Assembly: GCA_964304625.1 (NCBI GenBank)
Contig: OZ199838.1
Coordinates: 3,142,147 to 3,206,146 of the forward strand
Length of the DNA stretch: 64,000 nucleotides
DNA from: Kudoa neothunni
Taxonomy: Eukaryota; Animalia; Cnidaria
Direction: 5' to 3'
The notes beneath the pieces were generated by a model. It did not search any database. It saw only the letters and a list, made by a program, of their open reading frames with translations, and had not been told where the DNA came from. This document shows positions 37,470 to 51,300 of this stretch, piece by piece (positions within the stretch are counted from its first letter, which is position 1; each line of letters opens with the position of its first letter). The position numbers and the translations under genes were made by a program.

Positions 37470-40400
37470 TCTACTATATATATATAGCTCTTATGTCTGT
37501 CATTGTGTGTGTTTGTAGCAATATGTATGTGCTATGAAGAAATTTTTTTTAAATACTGCTTTTAATTTGCATTTGAATAGATGATACCATTAAAAAATCG
37601 CTCATTTACTCGAAAGTATAAATATAACCAATATCGCAGTTAAAAGTAAGGAATTTTCTGGTTGTTTACATCAATTACTAGATTAAAGGTACCTGAATGG
37701 TATTTAATGTTTGTTTACTTCGGAGTGATAGTCAATTAAAATGAACATCCACTCACTGTATACAAAGAAAATCTTTGAATTATGGTATAAAATGTTCTAA
37801 GAAGGTTATATATGCCGCTTGGAGTAATTTTAAGACAGATAATGCCACTAAAGTCATATTTACAAGTGTTGTTGTATTTCCCTTAAAATTTGAAGAATAG
37901 CTAAATAATTTTGGATGTATTTAAGCGAAAAAGATTATGATTATTTTAAATAAAAAGCATAATTTGAGATTATAAGTTGTTGTCACTTTTGAATAATTTT
38001 GGTCTCTATACGCATTCTAAAAACGATGTAAGATGTGTATAGAGTTTTCAAATAATTAAATTTTTGTGATAACTTCTTAAATGAAAATTATGCTCTATTC
38101 GAATTCCTGAGACGTGAAAATTTCTTTTTATCACATATATCGATTGAGATTGAAACTAGCATCGTCTTTTCGATAAGTTTTTCCTCATTTTTTGGTTTTC
38201 CTAAACTTTCTTGAAAACAGCTGGCATCACTAATTCGATAAGTTTCTATATTTGTTGAGACAATTTTTAAATAATGTTTAAGTTCTTATTAACTTAATTA
38301 TTCCTTACCTTCGGGCTTTAAGGTTAATATTCAAATCAATATATAATTTTCTTTTCGTTAAAACTAATTCATTATGAAATAAAAGCTGAATGAAAATATG
38401 CTACACCCCATTCTATACGTAGTTTAAGAAGTTATATTAACGATTACTTTTGCACTAAATACAGTCCCCTCTCAATACATGCCATGCAGGTTCATAAGAA
38501 ATTATTGGTCTATTCGATCTAACCGATATTTTCACAAATTTTTTGTTAATCTAAGAAAAGTTCAATACAAATAAATTTATTTAAAACAATCAAACACATT
38601 TCATTTTTAAAAGGGTGCACTGCTTCGAGGAAACCAGTTGATATTTAAATGTTTAAGCATTACTGTAATTTTCCAAACAAAAAAACCTCTAAATTTTAGA
38701 TTTAATCTTATTTTGTTAATTAAATTTATATATTTTGGAACCAGTAAGTATTTTTTGTTAAAATGAAAATTTTCTTCTATTTAAAAATAGGGAAATTATG
38801 TTAAAATAATGAATACGTAAGTTACCACTCACAGCTTATTAAAACCTCATTAACATCCTTTATAGAATTGCAAAAAAAGGAGTAACAATTAATGTTTTTT
38901 ATTTCTGACGCATCTTTTGTTTATTTAATTTTTTCTTATCGTTTGTAGACCAATAATAAATTGTATAACTACAGTAGTGTATGGGTCGTACGCAATTTTT
39001 AAAAATTTACTTGTTTACCACTTATTTTGGTTTAATTCAAATTTAAATAGATAATTCAATACAAAATAGATCATTTGTTAATAAAAAATTGGTTTTCAAC
39101 AAAATATTAGGGTTGAAAACCTATTGTATGGATCTAACGCAAAAATGGCTCGAACATAGCGTTTAATCTGAACTTGGCAACAAATAATGGACGGAGAGCC
39201 AATTTTGGCGAAACAAAAACACTTCACACCACTTAAAAACTCGAAATTATAAGGTTTTACGAGTTTATATCATATAATAAAGATGCTAAGTTTTAAGCGA
39301 TGGAAAAATTTGTCAAGAAAATAGCACGATAATAAAAAAGTCTAAATGTCCAGTTTCATGTTTGTATCTTTTCTTGAAAAATAGAATAGGAAACTCACTA
39401 TTTCTAAGAGAAAAAATGTTATTATTTCTCGATTATTTATAAACCCGCCAAAAAAATATTTGTCTATTATAACATTGCCACTTTTCTTCGAACACAACCT
39501 GTGTGCCACAGCCACTGGATCATGGAATTGTTAAAGTTTTAAAATGATGCACAAAAGAAATCTAATGACGTTCTTCATACATCAGATCGAATTTCAAGCT
39601 AGTGACTACATTGCAACTAACGCCTTGGATGTTATTCATTTGACAATAGAATTATGGGAATACATTAAAACGGGAGCCATAGTTAACTGCTTAAGGAAAT
39701 CATTTTTTCTCCCTGAAAATCCACTAAATTACGATTCCTAAGATGTTCTTGATGATGATCAATTTAAACATGACATAATTGAGCCGATCGAAGAGGAGAA
39801 ATCATTAGAATTAACAAACATTACTGATGAAACTCTTGAATGCAACATAGTCAACACCTCTGAAATTTGGACAACACCAGATTTTCCTGATTTTGACATG
39901 GTTGACGACGACTCTGATTATATTGATAAAGTTATCACATCAAAACGTGAGTAACTATATTAATGAGAAAAAGTTAGAAAACTCTTTCTAAACAAAATTT
40001 TGTCAATGCTTAACAATATAAACCGAGCTTAAAATGGCTCTGACTCAGTATTTGAACAATTTTTTGAGGAAAAAAAATATAGAACGGTATTTTAATAACA
40101 AAAGGTATACAAGTTAATTTTTTCTTCACATTAAATTATTATTGATTATATTACCGATTAAAAACTGTTATTTTTTCTCGAGCGCATGCGCTATTCGAAA
40201 GTGCCCAGCCCAGCGCAAAAATGGGTGCAACGCAATGGTTTTCATCTTCACGATTTCTGTGTTTTATCCATACACTACTGTAGTAGGACTAATTTTTATC
40301 GTAAAAATTTGAAAAGAACTGAAAGTCCAATTTAAGTTACTTAATGATGTTGTTTAATAAATAAATAAATGAACTTTAATCGTTAGTTACATCGCTCATA

Positions 40401-40692
40401 AAATTAAGGTAATTATATTTTACTCAATAGTTTGTCAAATAAACTTAAAAATACTCATTAATTTCTCTCAATACCTCTATTTATATTTGAATATAAAATA
40501 TGCGCATATTTTGTTTTTCTAAAATAATGATAAGCTTTAAAATGCAACAATTAAAATAGAAAAGTGAAATGTTCAATGTTTAACTTTCTAACTAGATTAA
40601 CTTTTCCGTAAAATTTCTCCATTTTTAAAATAAAACTAAAAGTTGAAATTTTCTATCACACAATACCAGGCAAAGCTGGGCATTATCGCTAG
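37470..40692 (+). mobile_element. Non-autonomous Helitron carrying a nested pogo/Tigger insertion
   Basis: A|TCTACTATATAT 5' end; 3' end CCAGGCAAAGCTGGG hairpin-like motif then CTAG|T; ~37700-38550 is repeated at ~63190-64000. Confidence 0.7.
38972..40280 (+). mobile_element. pogo/Tigger DNA transposon remnant
   Basis: TIR CAGTAGTGTATGG flanked by TA at both ends; DDE_1-type remnant NTTCVPQPLDHGIVK...LDVIHLTIELWEYIKTGAIVNCLRK. Confidence 0.85.
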
Positions 40693-41697
40693 TTCATGAA
40701 TAAATATTCATTTTATGTTGATATAATTTGTTATAAACAATTTTTTATAATGATATTGCACCTAAAATTTGTTCCTCTGATTTATATAAAATCGCAAGCA
40801 ATGGGTTTACTTTAATTTACCTATTGCATATCAATAATATTACTTTTATTATAACATTATTATTATTATTATAAAAATTAAACAAAATTTATAAAACACA
40901 TAATCTAAACTTTAAAGAATTTCTTAGAATTTTAATGATCTCAATATTTTGTTTACATAATAATTTAAGCCAATATAATTTTATTTCATTTTGTTCAGCA
41001 GGTATGGGATTAAAAACAATTAGTGTATTTCTGTCGGTTGATATCGTTAATTTTATGTTAAATGGAAAAAATGTCTCAAATAATTGATTCTTTGTTCACC
41101 AATTATTGAAAAATTAGCTACTGCCTAATTCACTAACCAAGTTGTCATAGATACCTACATTATTGAGCTATTGCAAAATAATACTATACAATAATATCAA
41201 TAGCAACTGAACAATCTTAGTATTCAAACTCAAAGATCTACTAGGGATTTTATTACAGTTAATTTGTCGAAGCGAAAAAACACTTTTTTAAAGCGCTTGA
41301 ACATGCCGATCAATTAAAGTAACAATAGTTACCATGGTAATATATGAAATGACTTAATTGCTAGTCACCAAATCTACCGCGTAGCATCAATTAATTTCGG
41401 ATTCTATTCATTGAAAACTAAAAACTAACACCATAAAGTGGATAAAAAATGATTTTATTACATAAAATTAACAACCGAACAGGTATGGGCTTAGCAATTA
41501 TGATGCGCATTGTTAATCGAAAATTAATCTCTAGAATTGGATTAAGTAGTTTGTTCACGATTGACTGAATTCCCTTGTTGATAATTAGTCAACACGCCCC
41601 AACAATAATTTTTCGCGTTCAACCAATTATATGATTTAATGATATGTAGATTGGTTGAGGTGTGGATGATTTTTTATTCTGTTGTTGGTAGAACGCA

Positions 41698-44600
41698 ATG
41701 AGTGGCTACAAGACTACTGGCTCACCGACCACAACTCCACATACCAATGTGCTTTTGCACGATAGCAATGTTTTGAATTTAACTTTCACCAACTATTTCA
41801 AATCTGTGGAGCCGCTCTATCGAAGGGTGAATGAAAATAAAAATGTATCTAATCTTTATTGTATTTTGTTGGGTTTAATGTTGACCTTCATTTGCAGTTG
41901 TATTATCATCAAGTTTATGAGTCTAATAGCAACGAAGATTTGACCAAAGTAATTATAAATTATACTGGCGCTATAAAACATGTCGAGCATACATTTTCTC
42001 AAAATAGAGTCTAATGGCATTGACCAATTTGTCCAAATATTATATATGTGATTTGATTGGCTATATTGTGCGTTGGTATGATAACACAATGGAGGAATTG
42101 AACGACAAAAAGACGTATATTGCAACTTAATTTTTATCGTCTCATTATTTGTTTTGAAACAGGGACAATAAAGATAATCAAAAATTAAAACTAGATGTAA
42201 TTTCGTTTTTAATCTTTTAATGCATTATTTTCATTGATTGATTGACTGACTGACTGACTGACTCATTGTATAGACTATAAGAGTCCATTTTTTGTTGGTG
42301 ATCAATGCGATCTTTTCCAATACAGTAATTTGATTTTTATATTCGAACTAAATTTTTGATAACTTTCTTACAATAAAAATATAAAATTGGAGGGATTTTT
42401 GTTTGTCCTTAGTTTCAAATATATTTGTAGGAATGCTGTTTTAACCATGACGAATATTATGAAATGTATTTGGACTTGATTAGTAGAATATTGGCGATAT
42501 GTAGAGAATATACATGCACTATTTCATCAAACGCCGCCACTAACAACAACGCATTTATTAACCGATTGTGTGGATCGATTTTGGATGGAATAAACTACCA
42601 CGAACAAATCTGTCTCATCCACAAATTATATCTCGAAGAGATAAAAGAAAATCTCCCATTGCCTGACCATATCAGTATCATTTCTTCATTTCGTGCGATC
42701 AACGTTAAAGTAATTGTCAACTGCTATTAATAAATTATTTTTTTAATTGTATATTGTAACTCATCTAGTTGTATCCGGTTGAATATGTGGAGGAGATGTT
42801 TCAATTTTTGATGGTAAATGTCCATTTATTTATTTTTCATTTACGTTATATTTGTGGAACTTTTAGGATTGCTTAAAAAATTTTATTGAATTAAAAGAAA
42901 AAGATCTCAAAATTGCGTATGCTTATTTTTTCATGGAAATCTTATTTCCATTGTCTGCCATTGCGAATGCCGAGCTAAATATTCCCGCCATAAAACTATT
43001 TATCGAAAAACTTTACACTTACAGTTTCAATGAGTTGAATAAAAAAGCCAAATATCAAGAAGTATTCACCTTGATATTTAGTCTATTACATCGATGCTAC
43101 TGTGCATTTATCTATAGGTTGCCATGCCACTTGTTGCCGCTTCCTTGTGTTGTAGCAAAAAAATATTCTTCCTCCAATATTGGACACCTTTGTTGAATAT
43201 ATTTCTCACCAGTTTAAAGGTATTTTTATGCATATGTGCGCCAGCTATTTACATTGTGTACTTTAGAGTAAAGACAGTGAGATTCTTAAAGTTTCTATTG
43301 AATGCGTGTATAGGCTTGTTTGGTAATTAATTAGCAATTGGTTGTTGTTGTTGTTGTTGTTGTTGTTGTTATAATGAAAAATACTAAAATTTATAATAAT
43401 TTAATTGGAAAATTGTGGGTGGGTAATTGACGTAGTTTACGAATTAAACATAATGATACATTCTTGTGTAGACATTTAGATGATTTTTTACTATGACAAT
43501 TAATTTTTTTAATTGTTTTTGTGATATAATATTTTTATTAGGGTGTATTGTGTTCGATTTAAAGGAGATAGTAATTCGGTGACATCAAAGTAATTATTCT
43601 TATCACGAGCAAAGTGATATGCTTATAATTAAAAGTGTATCATTTTAAGTTTGTAATTAAAGTTATACAATGAGAAACCAATTCACGCATTCCCTAGAGG
43701 ATCAAAAAAAATTGCGTCGAATTTTACATACCCGCGGGCGCAATTATTCAAGAAAAAATTGATCTTTAATAATGATTAAATTGCTCTTAAAATAGCCAGT
43801 TATCTATATACTAATTTTTAAAAGATAATTAAAACTCTAAAAACGTGTTAATAGCAAAAAACTATTTTCCAGAAAACTACTAAATACTCATCTTGCCGCT
43901 GTTTGTAGAATAAAACAATTTCGTCTATATTGTAAATAAAAATTTTCAGAGTATCCTTTGCAGAATTTTCTGCTTGTTTGATCTACTCTTAAGTAGTTTT
44001 AGGCGTAGCATCAACAGATTAGCTAATAAAGTTTGATATATTTAATGTTGAATCTTTTTATGAAACAACGAAACCATCTACGAATTGCACTCGAAATTAA
44101 ACCTTTTCCTTCAGAAAATTAATTTCTCTTCGCGAGTATAATGGCGGCCTTTAATCCAATCTTTTTGATTCATGCCCACTCAATCAAATCCTACATCTTC
44201 ATCAACAGAGTGAAATGGTCCAGCGTGAAAATATTTCCCATTTTCGGATTATAAAAACATTTATGGGTTTAAATCTTTGATTTTTCATCATTAGGATGCC
44301 ATTCGGAGTCGTAATAATAGATATTTTAAATCTGACACAGCGACTGTTTCCGTATCATTACATGGGAGACTTGTATAATAATCAATTTTGTTGTATTTTA
44401 CGGCGATATTTATGTTTCTAGGCGTTAAATATTGATTTAATTAAATAATATGCATGGAATTGGTCGATCAAGTGACCTTTAGTTATATTTTTTAACTGCG
44501 TTTAAAAATAATGTTTGTAAAAATTTTGATTGAAATATTATAAGAAACTTTATATAAATAAATATCAACAAATATTCTAACCAAATAGTTTTTAAAAGTG

Positions 44601-47600
44601 CGTGAAATTGGTTACTTACTGTATCATTTTAAATTTTCGTTTTTCTTAAATTGTGATATTACACTGTAAAATCAATGTCAGTACTCATTTAATAATATTT
44701 ATTTTAAAAATTAAAGTAAATCGACCACAATGACGACTATTATCTTATTAGAGCATTGGCTATGATAACTGAGCATTGTTTCAAAACCTCCAAAACATCG
44801 TTGTTTGCGTTGTTCGGAAATATTCTAGTTAAAATCATACACATAATGTCTCAAGTAAGTTGATTACCTTAACCAATTGAGGACAACCATAGGCCCCACG
44901 CACCATTTTTATATTATTTTGTTAATTTGGTTACATTTTGAGTATTTTCGTTGGAACTTTTTCCAATTTTATTATATTAATTGATAAATAATACTTTTTA
45001 TTAAAGTTTGGTGAAAATACATAAAATATAACAAGTTTAATAATAAAAGTTAGTTTAAAAATAATAGAAAGATTGGCTCGTAAAGCCCAAGGTTACCCTC
45101 AAAAGGTTAATTAAGACAAACAAATATTCTTTTATTTCTGTCAAGTTGAAACTGGTGTATGTGATGAACGAGGTCATTCCAGAGCTAATTAAAGTTAACT
45201 CGTCAAAACAAATCATACCAGAGGTTAGTGCAATTTGAGATATTTATTGTTATTTAACCTTTAGAAAGCTAACGTTGGTATTCGTGCATTTATTATTATA
45301 ATGGATGCGTTGCAAAAAAAAGTAACCTCGGTCAATTAATTTGATAATGGTGATTAACGTTCTGTTTGTAGACAACAACTTTACCACTCGACGAGGGAAT
45401 CAATTCCGCGTTAATGCAATCAAAAATGTCGATCGATAATAGATCGATTTCCAGCAGGGGCGGTGCTGGTGCAAAAACTAAAATGCCTAAATCTCTACGA
45501 AAAAACAAAATTCTTAGCTACAAAACTATGAAATTATCAAAAGAGTCTGCCGAAAAATATGGTTTGACCACCCACTTTGATCAGTGAGACCTTTTTTGTT
45601 AAATTAAAATATTTCGTCTGTGACGATTCGCCTCCATTGTAGAATTAAAAAAATAATTGAATCATTGTTAAAAATTTTGGATCCACAAATTAATAGAGCC
45701 ACTCAATCTACTGTCATTAATCAACCTGACACCGCTAAGTATGTTTTCAACTGTTGACATCTAGTTTGTAGTAAATGTGTGATTTTAGTCATGATCGAAA
45801 AATGAAGTTAGAACTATTTACGACGTGCATCTCAGCTATAACCAAGTAGTTGATGTAGATGTTGCGTTGTACTAATAGCTGTTGTTGGATAGGTTTGACT
45901 TGAATGTTTCTGACGATTATGGATTGATCGAATTGCTCGGTCGGGCTGTTGTCAACTCTCACAGAGACTTGAAACAACGTGCACATATCGTCATAAAATC
46001 GATTCTCTATGATTTTCCGCATATTGCAGGAGAAATTTTCTACTGTAAAATGCAATTACAATATCCGCGATATTTAGCTCTTTGATTTAGTCTACTCTTG
46101 GTACATTATAAAAGAAATAGCTGACAATGCTACTTCCACTTTGGACGAGGTGATTGAAGGTTATTGTAGACAAGTGCAGTTCTACAAAAGTAGAATATTG
46201 GCAATCTCCACAGTAAATATCTATTTTTTTTTCTCGACTAATTGTTTCATTCTCAATTGTAGAATGATGATTTGATGAATAATAAAACTTGCGAAAGTGC
46301 CCTTTCAGCCTGTCATATCATCGAAGGCTTCTCATTGCATATGCTTTCCAAGTATTTGAATTTGTGGTTTGATAAAGGGTTAATTTGTGGGATTTTAGCA
46401 ATTCCATTCTATTAAGAAAAATGGCTTTTCAAAACTTTAACGATTGTCATCATATTTCATCTCATCTTCAACTCAGTGTAATTTTTTTATTTATTGATCA
46501 ATACTGATGTAATTGAATGTATAAAGTTTGTTTCAAAAGAAATTCCTGTTTGGAAAAAATTGGACTGGTTCTTAAAACAAGGCTCTAATATGCCCGCAAC
46601 GTTTCAAAACCCACAGGTACCTTTTTTTTATAAGAACACTCACACAATTAAGCTGATAACGAAAAAGTTTGTATAATCAATTTCTGTCTACATGTATACC
46701 CTTGCAGATACTTAATTTAAATGCCATGAATCAAGATTTTTTAAGCTGATAAGAAATTTTTATTTCCTCTTTGTCGCAGCGCGTGCTTTAGAATTTTAAG
46801 ATTCATAAGATTTTAAATCCCTTAATGTGAATGAGAATGTTGAAAACATGTGAATATTTATTATCACTGTTATAGTCTTCCTTTAAATATAATTAAAGGA
46901 GGATTGGCATTAAGTCAATCTATTTTCCTATTAGAATAATAGAGGAATTCGTTGCTTTTGCGTGGTTGATATATTAAAATTTGGAGGGTCATGATTGGTT
47001 GATGCGATTGATAAACTTTCTTAAATTATCGATTTGAAAAATGGTATTGCGCAAAATCACGTATTACAAGTAAATTCATACTATTCTGTGACAATACTCG
47101 AATGCACTAATAAAACAATATATTTAAGATAAAACGTATTATATATGAGATTTGGTGATTTTTTGGTGCATTTAATAATCTAATCAAAGGATACAGCGTT
47201 ACAGTAATATGTACAGTCCTGCCTCGATATTGCGTTATTCGGTATTGCGTAGTAGTCCAATATCTCGTTAATTTTTTAATTGTTTATGAATTTGGATACT
47301 GCTAAGTAATAATTACCTTATTAACTTGTAAAATATCTATAAAAAAATTAGTATGAAATCGTTCAGTATTGCGAAGTAATTTCGCATTGCGTAGCAATTC
47401 TAAGATCCAGAAACCCCGTTTTAATTCTACATTGCGTAATAAATTTGACCATGCCAAGCATACAGAGTGATGTTGACGAGAAATTTAAAATTATCGGTTG
47501 TAATAATTCAATTAAGTCAATAAGGAGTTCAAAAATGAACAATTTAGAAATTTGATCTTAGTATTAGAATAACTGTCTTGATAAAAATTACATTTTAAAT

Positions 47601-48282
47601 ATAAAGAACATTCAACCCTCGGTAGAATCTTTTAGATAGAACAAAAACTTCCAAGCTACGACACTTCTAACAAACAAAAATGTGAATGCAGGAGAGACTA
47701 TTAGTGGCCCAATTTAATAGTGGGCCATGTGCCAGTATCTCTGATGATAAGTATCAAGAGGAATAATTAATCATCAAACTGTCAACATCTAAATTATGGA
47801 TACCTTAAGAACTCTTAGACAAACCTTTGCAAGCCAAGATCCAGAAGGTCTGTGATTTACATCCTGCTATAGATCGAAAATCAGCCATTTTAAAGGGAAG
47901 AAAACCGCAGATTAAAATGGTGGATAGTTTCTCTAAAGATAAAGTCGAAAATGTAAAAAACTTACTTTCATTATATACATGAGTTTATGTTTAAAAAGGA
48001 GCCAATAAGTGGTTCAATCGATTTTCGCATAGTGCGCATACGCTAACTCGATTTGCGTAATTAGTTGCTACCACCCAACTTAATACGCTATACCGAGACA
48101 CGACTGTATTTATTTGAGTGGAATGTATACTGTAAATATAAAGAACGTAAAATTTAATTATCCCTCTAATTATTGTTCAATATTTTCTTTGTATTTTTTA
48201 TTCGCGTATATTGCCTTCTAATTTGAAACCAGAATTTAGTATTAATTCATGCGAAAATATTATTGTTTAAATCTAATTCTGT

Positions 48283-48313
<31 letters not shown>

Positions 48314-51300
48314 CAAAGTTCATTTGTCATAATTAAAACGAATCCACCTTTTATTGATGATGTTAAAATTCTTTCTATAATAGTGAGTTAAATTTAGACT
48401 ATAAAGTACATTTCTCTAATTGATCCAGTAAATTCTTCATCGATTAATAATTCATTATTCATCAATAATTAATGATTATATCCTCCTACATCTATTTTGT
48501 CCCTATATTTTAAATTTTTTTAATAATAAATACATGGTTTGAAATTAATTGAGTAGATTCCTATATTTATAATTTCGTCTTCATGTTGTATTATAATTCG
48601 ATGATGGAGCTGATTTAACAAATATTTTTAACGTGTAGACGCCGTCTCTATAATAATATCTACACAGGAATACTCCAATTATTTATCAAAATTGCTAAAT
48701 ATCTGTAATAAAAATTATTAAAGGTGATTTCTTTATTAAATTTAATAAGTTTAATTATTTTCTACCAGTTGTTTTGGAATTTATGGTTGTGTGTTCAAAT
48801 TATGCACGTTAAAAAATAATAACAGATCATTTTAGAGTGCTAGTGTCAGCAAAAATCTTAATGTTGTCGAGCGTCTGCTGTTTTCATCTGAGAATGGAAA
48901 TAAGAACTGGTTCGATGTATTCGGTAAGTGGTTGAATGTGAGCCATCTGAGTGAGTGCGCCCCTTCCGCCTCACTCATTTTCCAATGGATAAACATTACG
49001 CGATTCACTCAAACCTATTATCCTTTGGATGTAGTTATGCATGACACTACAGTTGATTCGCTGAATAAGAGTAGTCTACAAAAGACACAAAGCAAACGTA
49101 GTGTGACCGGGACGGAAAATTCCGGTTGGATTATGTATGGGTTAGCATTGTGTGCTAACGGTGCCACTAAAATTACATCCATCGAAGAAACTTCATTTAA
49201 ACACCTCAAAATAGATACCACGAAATTATTGGACTACATATCAAATGATATCTATTGCAAGGAGATTTTGTCAAAGTTGGCAAACAACATCAAACATCCT
49301 GTGCTTTTTGACAAAAGATTTCCCGTCCATCACATAATAGGCCACACCGAAAGTCAATCTCACAAATACCTATTTGAGATTATTGTCCTTATTTGTAAGG
49401 AGTTGAATGAGAAGAAACCTGAAACCAATCGCAAGAAACGTCGAAAAGACATTCCCAAGATAAATCTACTCAAAGTGTTTTCATGTTTAGTTGAGAATGA
49501 CAATCTCAATAACAGTATCAATAATGACACCGTTGGTTACTACAAAGAATTTCTACAGTTTCTAGACTCTATAGTATTGTATGTGTCCAACAATTTATTA
49601 GTCACAAACGATGCGGAAGAACATTTGTCCTACATGATGAAATTATCCCTGTTGAAAACCATCGAAGGTATTGCAAACGCCATCTACAAATCCAACTATT
49701 GCACACTGTTGTCAGACAGTTCTCGAATGAGCTTTTTCAATCTGATACATAATTGGGTGAATAGTCCATTAAATTCAGAACCACTTAGAATTAGCTGCTG
49801 TGCAACTTTAGCTGCTTTACTCCAATCGAAATCATTTCTGTCTACTACAACCTGTGTCACCAATAATATTAGTTTAAGTGGTACTAATTCCATATCCGAT
49901 GCTGATATTATATCGTTGCTTGAAATGTTTATGTCCAACAACAAAACTATTGATATCGCATATCAGTTGTTATTGATTTTGTTTGAAAATAAGGAAGATG
50001 TTTCTAAACTTGTTTATTGGGTTGTTGAGAAATGTTTAAAATGCGACAAAACTATCCACGAAATTCTTGTTGTTATATTGGGGGAATATTTTGTCAAGTT
50101 AAACCTCATGTCAATGGAATCATTGGTTCTGCCTTTGGTTTTGTTGTTTTCCAAATCAGATGATGAGAATGTCTTGTATGCTGTACGAAATGTAGTTTCG
50201 TTTGCGGTGCAACAACATTCAGACCAAACGCCTTATTCCGATCTTGACTTAATTCATAGAGTCGGGGTCGACCATTTTAGAAACTCTTTCAATCATACCG
50301 TGTCTAAAATTTTGATTGATCATAGTTACAAAGTGATAAACTTTTTTCACAAATTTTACATAATTGCCAACCCCAATTTGCGCAGTACTATCATTCACAT
50401 TCAGTGTTGCTGGTTGGAAAATATCGACTTTGGAACGATCAAACCAGTTGTCTCGGGCTCATATTTTTCCACAATAACAGCAACCACAAGAACAACGTCA
50501 GTCGACGTGCTGGAAGAGTTGGAAAAAACAAAATCTCGAACAAACACAAACAGTTCTGCAACTTTCGCTCCCAAAACCAGGTATCAATGTTCGGATCGAG
50601 AAAGCATCGCACTGTTATCAAATTTGTTCTATCTCACCCAAAAACATTATCTTGAATATCCAGATGTGTTAACGAAAATGTGGTCTGCTGTGATAGAAGG
50701 GCGCCCACTTAATTTACGATATACCCTTGAAATTCTTTTGGCGCTCATTCAAAATTATAGTTTTTATGTGTTGGATTCGGTGCGCGTAATATTGAGTATT
50801 GTGTCGAGAGAGTTTACGGAAAAAGTGATTAAATTTTTAATGCTCAATCTCACCATTGAGTCGGCATTTTTCTTCTGTAATTTCGGTGTCAAGTTCACAA
50901 CCTCGGCTCCGTATCTAACATTAAAGTTTGGTCGTAGTTCGACCAGCAAAGATCTCAACGATGTTCTTCAGCAACCGCCCTCAATAGACCATCAGCCCAC
51001 CATTACCAATACAGAAATCGCCGTTAAGCTACAATTACAAAGTGCTTTTGTCTCTAACGATGATTTTTGTCTACCGGTCTATCAACTTCTCAACTGTGCA
51101 TTCGAAGAAGTTGATACGTTGAAACACACTTGTCAATCGTCTTTCATTCCAAAACCTATTGCCGCCATAGTGATGCTTTCTGATTTACTACTATCCAAGG
51201 ACGCATTTTCTATTCTTGGTGAGGACCTGATAAATGTGATTCACTTTTGTATTGTTGGTCTGACACATGAAAACTGTTTGTTTATCGTCAACCAATGTAA

